Assembly (NCBI GenBank): GCA_002952755.1
Contig: CP025011.1
Location: 1,260,001-1,292,000 of the forward strand
Direction of reading: 5' to 3'
DNA: 32,000 nt
DNA from: Candidatus Saccharimonadota bacterium
GTDB taxonomy: Bacteria; Patescibacteriota; Saccharimonadia; Saccharimonadales; UBA4665
The notes below the pieces were generated by a model. The model was not told the origin of the DNA. It searched no databases and was given only the letters and a program-made list of their open reading frames with translations. The stretch's first letter is position 1. Every line of letters starts with the position of its first letter. A program made the translations under genes and the position numbers. Below, piece after piece: positions 29,273 through 32,000 of this stretch.

Positions 29273-29568
29273 TTAATTTGCTCTATATAATCCAAATTTT
29301 TAAGTTGCAAAACTCAAGCTCTCACCAATTTCAGCTTGTCACTTAAGTTTACACACTAATCTACTCATGTAGATTTCTGTCTAAACTCAAGTGCCTTGCA
29401 ATGATATCAGTAAAAACAGAGGTTGTAAAGCAGAAAATGCTGATAAATTTACTTCATTTTCATATCTGTATCGTGCAACTGTGAAAATCAGCACACACGA
29501 ACAAGAATGGTCTCAAATAGCAGACTTTTGACAAGAAAAAAGAGATTAATTTAAATCTCTTTTTTCTT

Positions 29569-29645
29569 TGGTGGAGACACGGGGATTCGAACCCCGGACC
29601 CCCTGCTTGCAAAGCAGGTGCTCTAGCCAGCTGAGCTATGTCCCC
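29569..29645 (-). tRNA. tRNA-Ala (anticodon TGC), CCA encoded
   Basis: Minus strand: GGGGACATAGCTCAGCTGGCTAGAGCACCTGCTTTGCAAGCAGGGGGTCCGGGGTTCGAATCCCCGTGTCTCCACCA. It has the G3:U70 identity pair and a full cloverleaf. Confidence 0.95.
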
Positions 29646-29685
29646 TTATGGAGAGAAATCTGGTTGGGATGACAATCAGAAAATA

Positions 29686-29762
29686 TGGTGGGCGATCGGG
29701 GACTTGAACCTCGGACCTCGTCATTATCAGTGACGCGCTCTAACCAGCTGAGCTAATCGCCC
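29686..29762 (-). tRNA. tRNA-Ile (anticodon GAT), CCA encoded
   Basis: Minus strand: GGGCGATTAGCTCAGCTGGTTAGAGCGCGTCACTGATAATGACGAGGTCCGAGGTTCAAGTCCCCGATCGCCCACCA. It forms a cloverleaf with one A-C mismatch in the T stem. Confidence 0.93.
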
Positions 29763-29871
29763 ATACTCTCTTCACTCTAAAGGACAGGGCTATTGTATCG
29801 AAAAATCCCTTGCGCTTCAATAATCTGTTAAAGAAAAAGGCGCCGATGTGAGTCTGCGCCTGTCTTCCATT

Positions 29872-29899
29872 AAAAACTGAATAGTGCAATCAACGTCAA
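29872..29899. repeat. 3' arm of the 16S processing stem (pairs with 31580-31608)
   Basis: aaaaactgaatagtgcaatcaacgtcaa is almost the reverse complement of ttgacgttgatttgcactattcaattttt (31580-31608). Confidence 0.8.
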
Positions 29900-30030
29900 A
29901 TTCGTAGTTCAGATCTGTGTCTCGCCATCTGTTCGCACAGACGGTACATAAACGATCAGTACTGATCAATCGTCTATCGAGATCGACCTAGCTCATAAGT
30001 GATTACTCGACTTATTGCTAGTTTTCTCCC

Positions 30031-31506
<1,476 letters not shown>

Positions 31507-31579
31507 AAGAATTTGCTCTGATTCAGTCGAAAAGTAATCTTGCGATTACAAACTGACTTTCAAAACAATTCAAAATGAA

Positions 31580-31608
31580 TTGACGTTGATTTGCACTATT
31601 CAATTTTT
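31580..31608. repeat. 5' arm of the 16S processing stem
   Basis: See the partner arm at 29872-29899. Confidence 0.8.
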
Positions 31609-31655
31609 AATGATCTTTAGAGACAGTTGAATACGACCTCTAAACACTTAGGTAG

Positions 31656-31685
31656 ATAGTACGATAGAACACTAGAGAATGTCAA
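31656..31685 (-). promoter_or_regulatory. Candidate rRNA operon promoter
   Basis: Minus strand: TTGACA (31685-31680), 18 nt spacer, TACTAT (31661-31656), about 150 nt upstream of the 16S 5' end. Confidence 0.5.
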
Positions 31686-31742
31686 GGTTATTATTGTCAG
31701 GAAAAGTGGTAATTGTTACAGCAGATTCTTATCAATGAATAA

Positions 31743-32000
31743 TCATTGTTCGACAACTTCTTCGTCGTCATCTTCCACTGTAGCATCAACGAGCGCAAGC
31801 GATACTACTTCGTCCTTGTCGTTCAAACGCATAATCCGTACACCTTGTGTAGCGCGCCCCAATTCAGGGATGTTCTTGAGTCCGAGTCGAATTGTCTGGC
31901 CTTGCGAGGATACAATAATCACCTCCTGGCTCTCATCACTACTTAATGACTTCACGCCAACAAGATTACCGGTTTTACTATTAACAACCGCTGAACGGAT
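31743..32000 (-). CDS. gyrA: DNA gyrase subunit A, C-terminal end (5' part lies beyond the right window edge)
   Basis: The frame stays open to position 32000 (IRSAVVNSKTGNLVGVKSLSSDESQEVIIVSSQGQTIRLGLKNIPELGRATQGVRIMRL...). This is a GyrA C-terminal beta-pinwheel blade motif (GR.TQGV.) with an acidic tail. Confidence 0.8.
   Translation of the reverse strand: MRSAVVNSKTGNLVGVKSLSSDESQEVIIVSSQGQTIRLGLKNIPELGRATQGVRIMRLNDKDEVVSLALVDATVEDDDEEVVEQ

Noticed and set aside
29954-29967. Perfect 14-bp palindrome GATCAGTACTGATC in the 16S-tRNA-Ile spacer.
   Set aside because: It is a single occurrence inside a transcribed spacer that is full of processing hairpins. Nothing supports a protein-binding or restriction-modification-related role.

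Overview
This window looks like a compact, almost gap-free chromosome segment of a Candidatus Saccharibacteria (TM7, CPR)-like bacterium. That assignment is my reading of the 16S sequence, not a database search. Most genes lie on the minus strand and are housekeeping. Reading right to left they are: the gyrA 3' end; a complete rRNA operon (16S, tRNA-Ile-GAT, tRNA-Ala-TGC, an enlarged ~3.2 kb 23S, 5S); a KGG-repeat stress protein; rpsA; infB; a DUF5663-like protein; a wHTH regulator; rpsU; yqeY; adk; map; ftsA; ftsZ; nrdR; nrdJ; a small orphan ORF; ileS; and rplU. Two plus-strand islands hold priA-def-fmt and a ROK kinase plus an HExxH/zinc-ribbon protein. The most important observation is missing from the supplied ORF track. 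The leftmost 4 kb (complement of 1..4021) is one uninterrupted reading frame of 1340 codons that runs off the window edge. I checked every codon of that frame and found no stop. It encodes a signal-peptide-bearing, Thr/Gly/Ser/Asn/Ala-rich modular repeat protein, a plausible cell-surface fibre or adhesin. All the short ORFs listed for 63..3605 are out-of-frame or antisense shadows of it. Regulatory RNA and DNA is also readable directly. There is a T-box leader with a textbook antiterminator (ACCGGA-UGGUACC-GCCCU...AGGGU-UCCGGU) in front of ileS. Tandem NrdR boxes overlap the nrdR-nrdJ promoter. Several near-consensus sigma70-type promoters, intrinsic terminators and the rRNA processing stems are visible. 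The 23S carries two expansion segments that explain its extra length. I found no CRISPR array, transposase, integrase, toxin-antitoxin pair or recognisable defence system.
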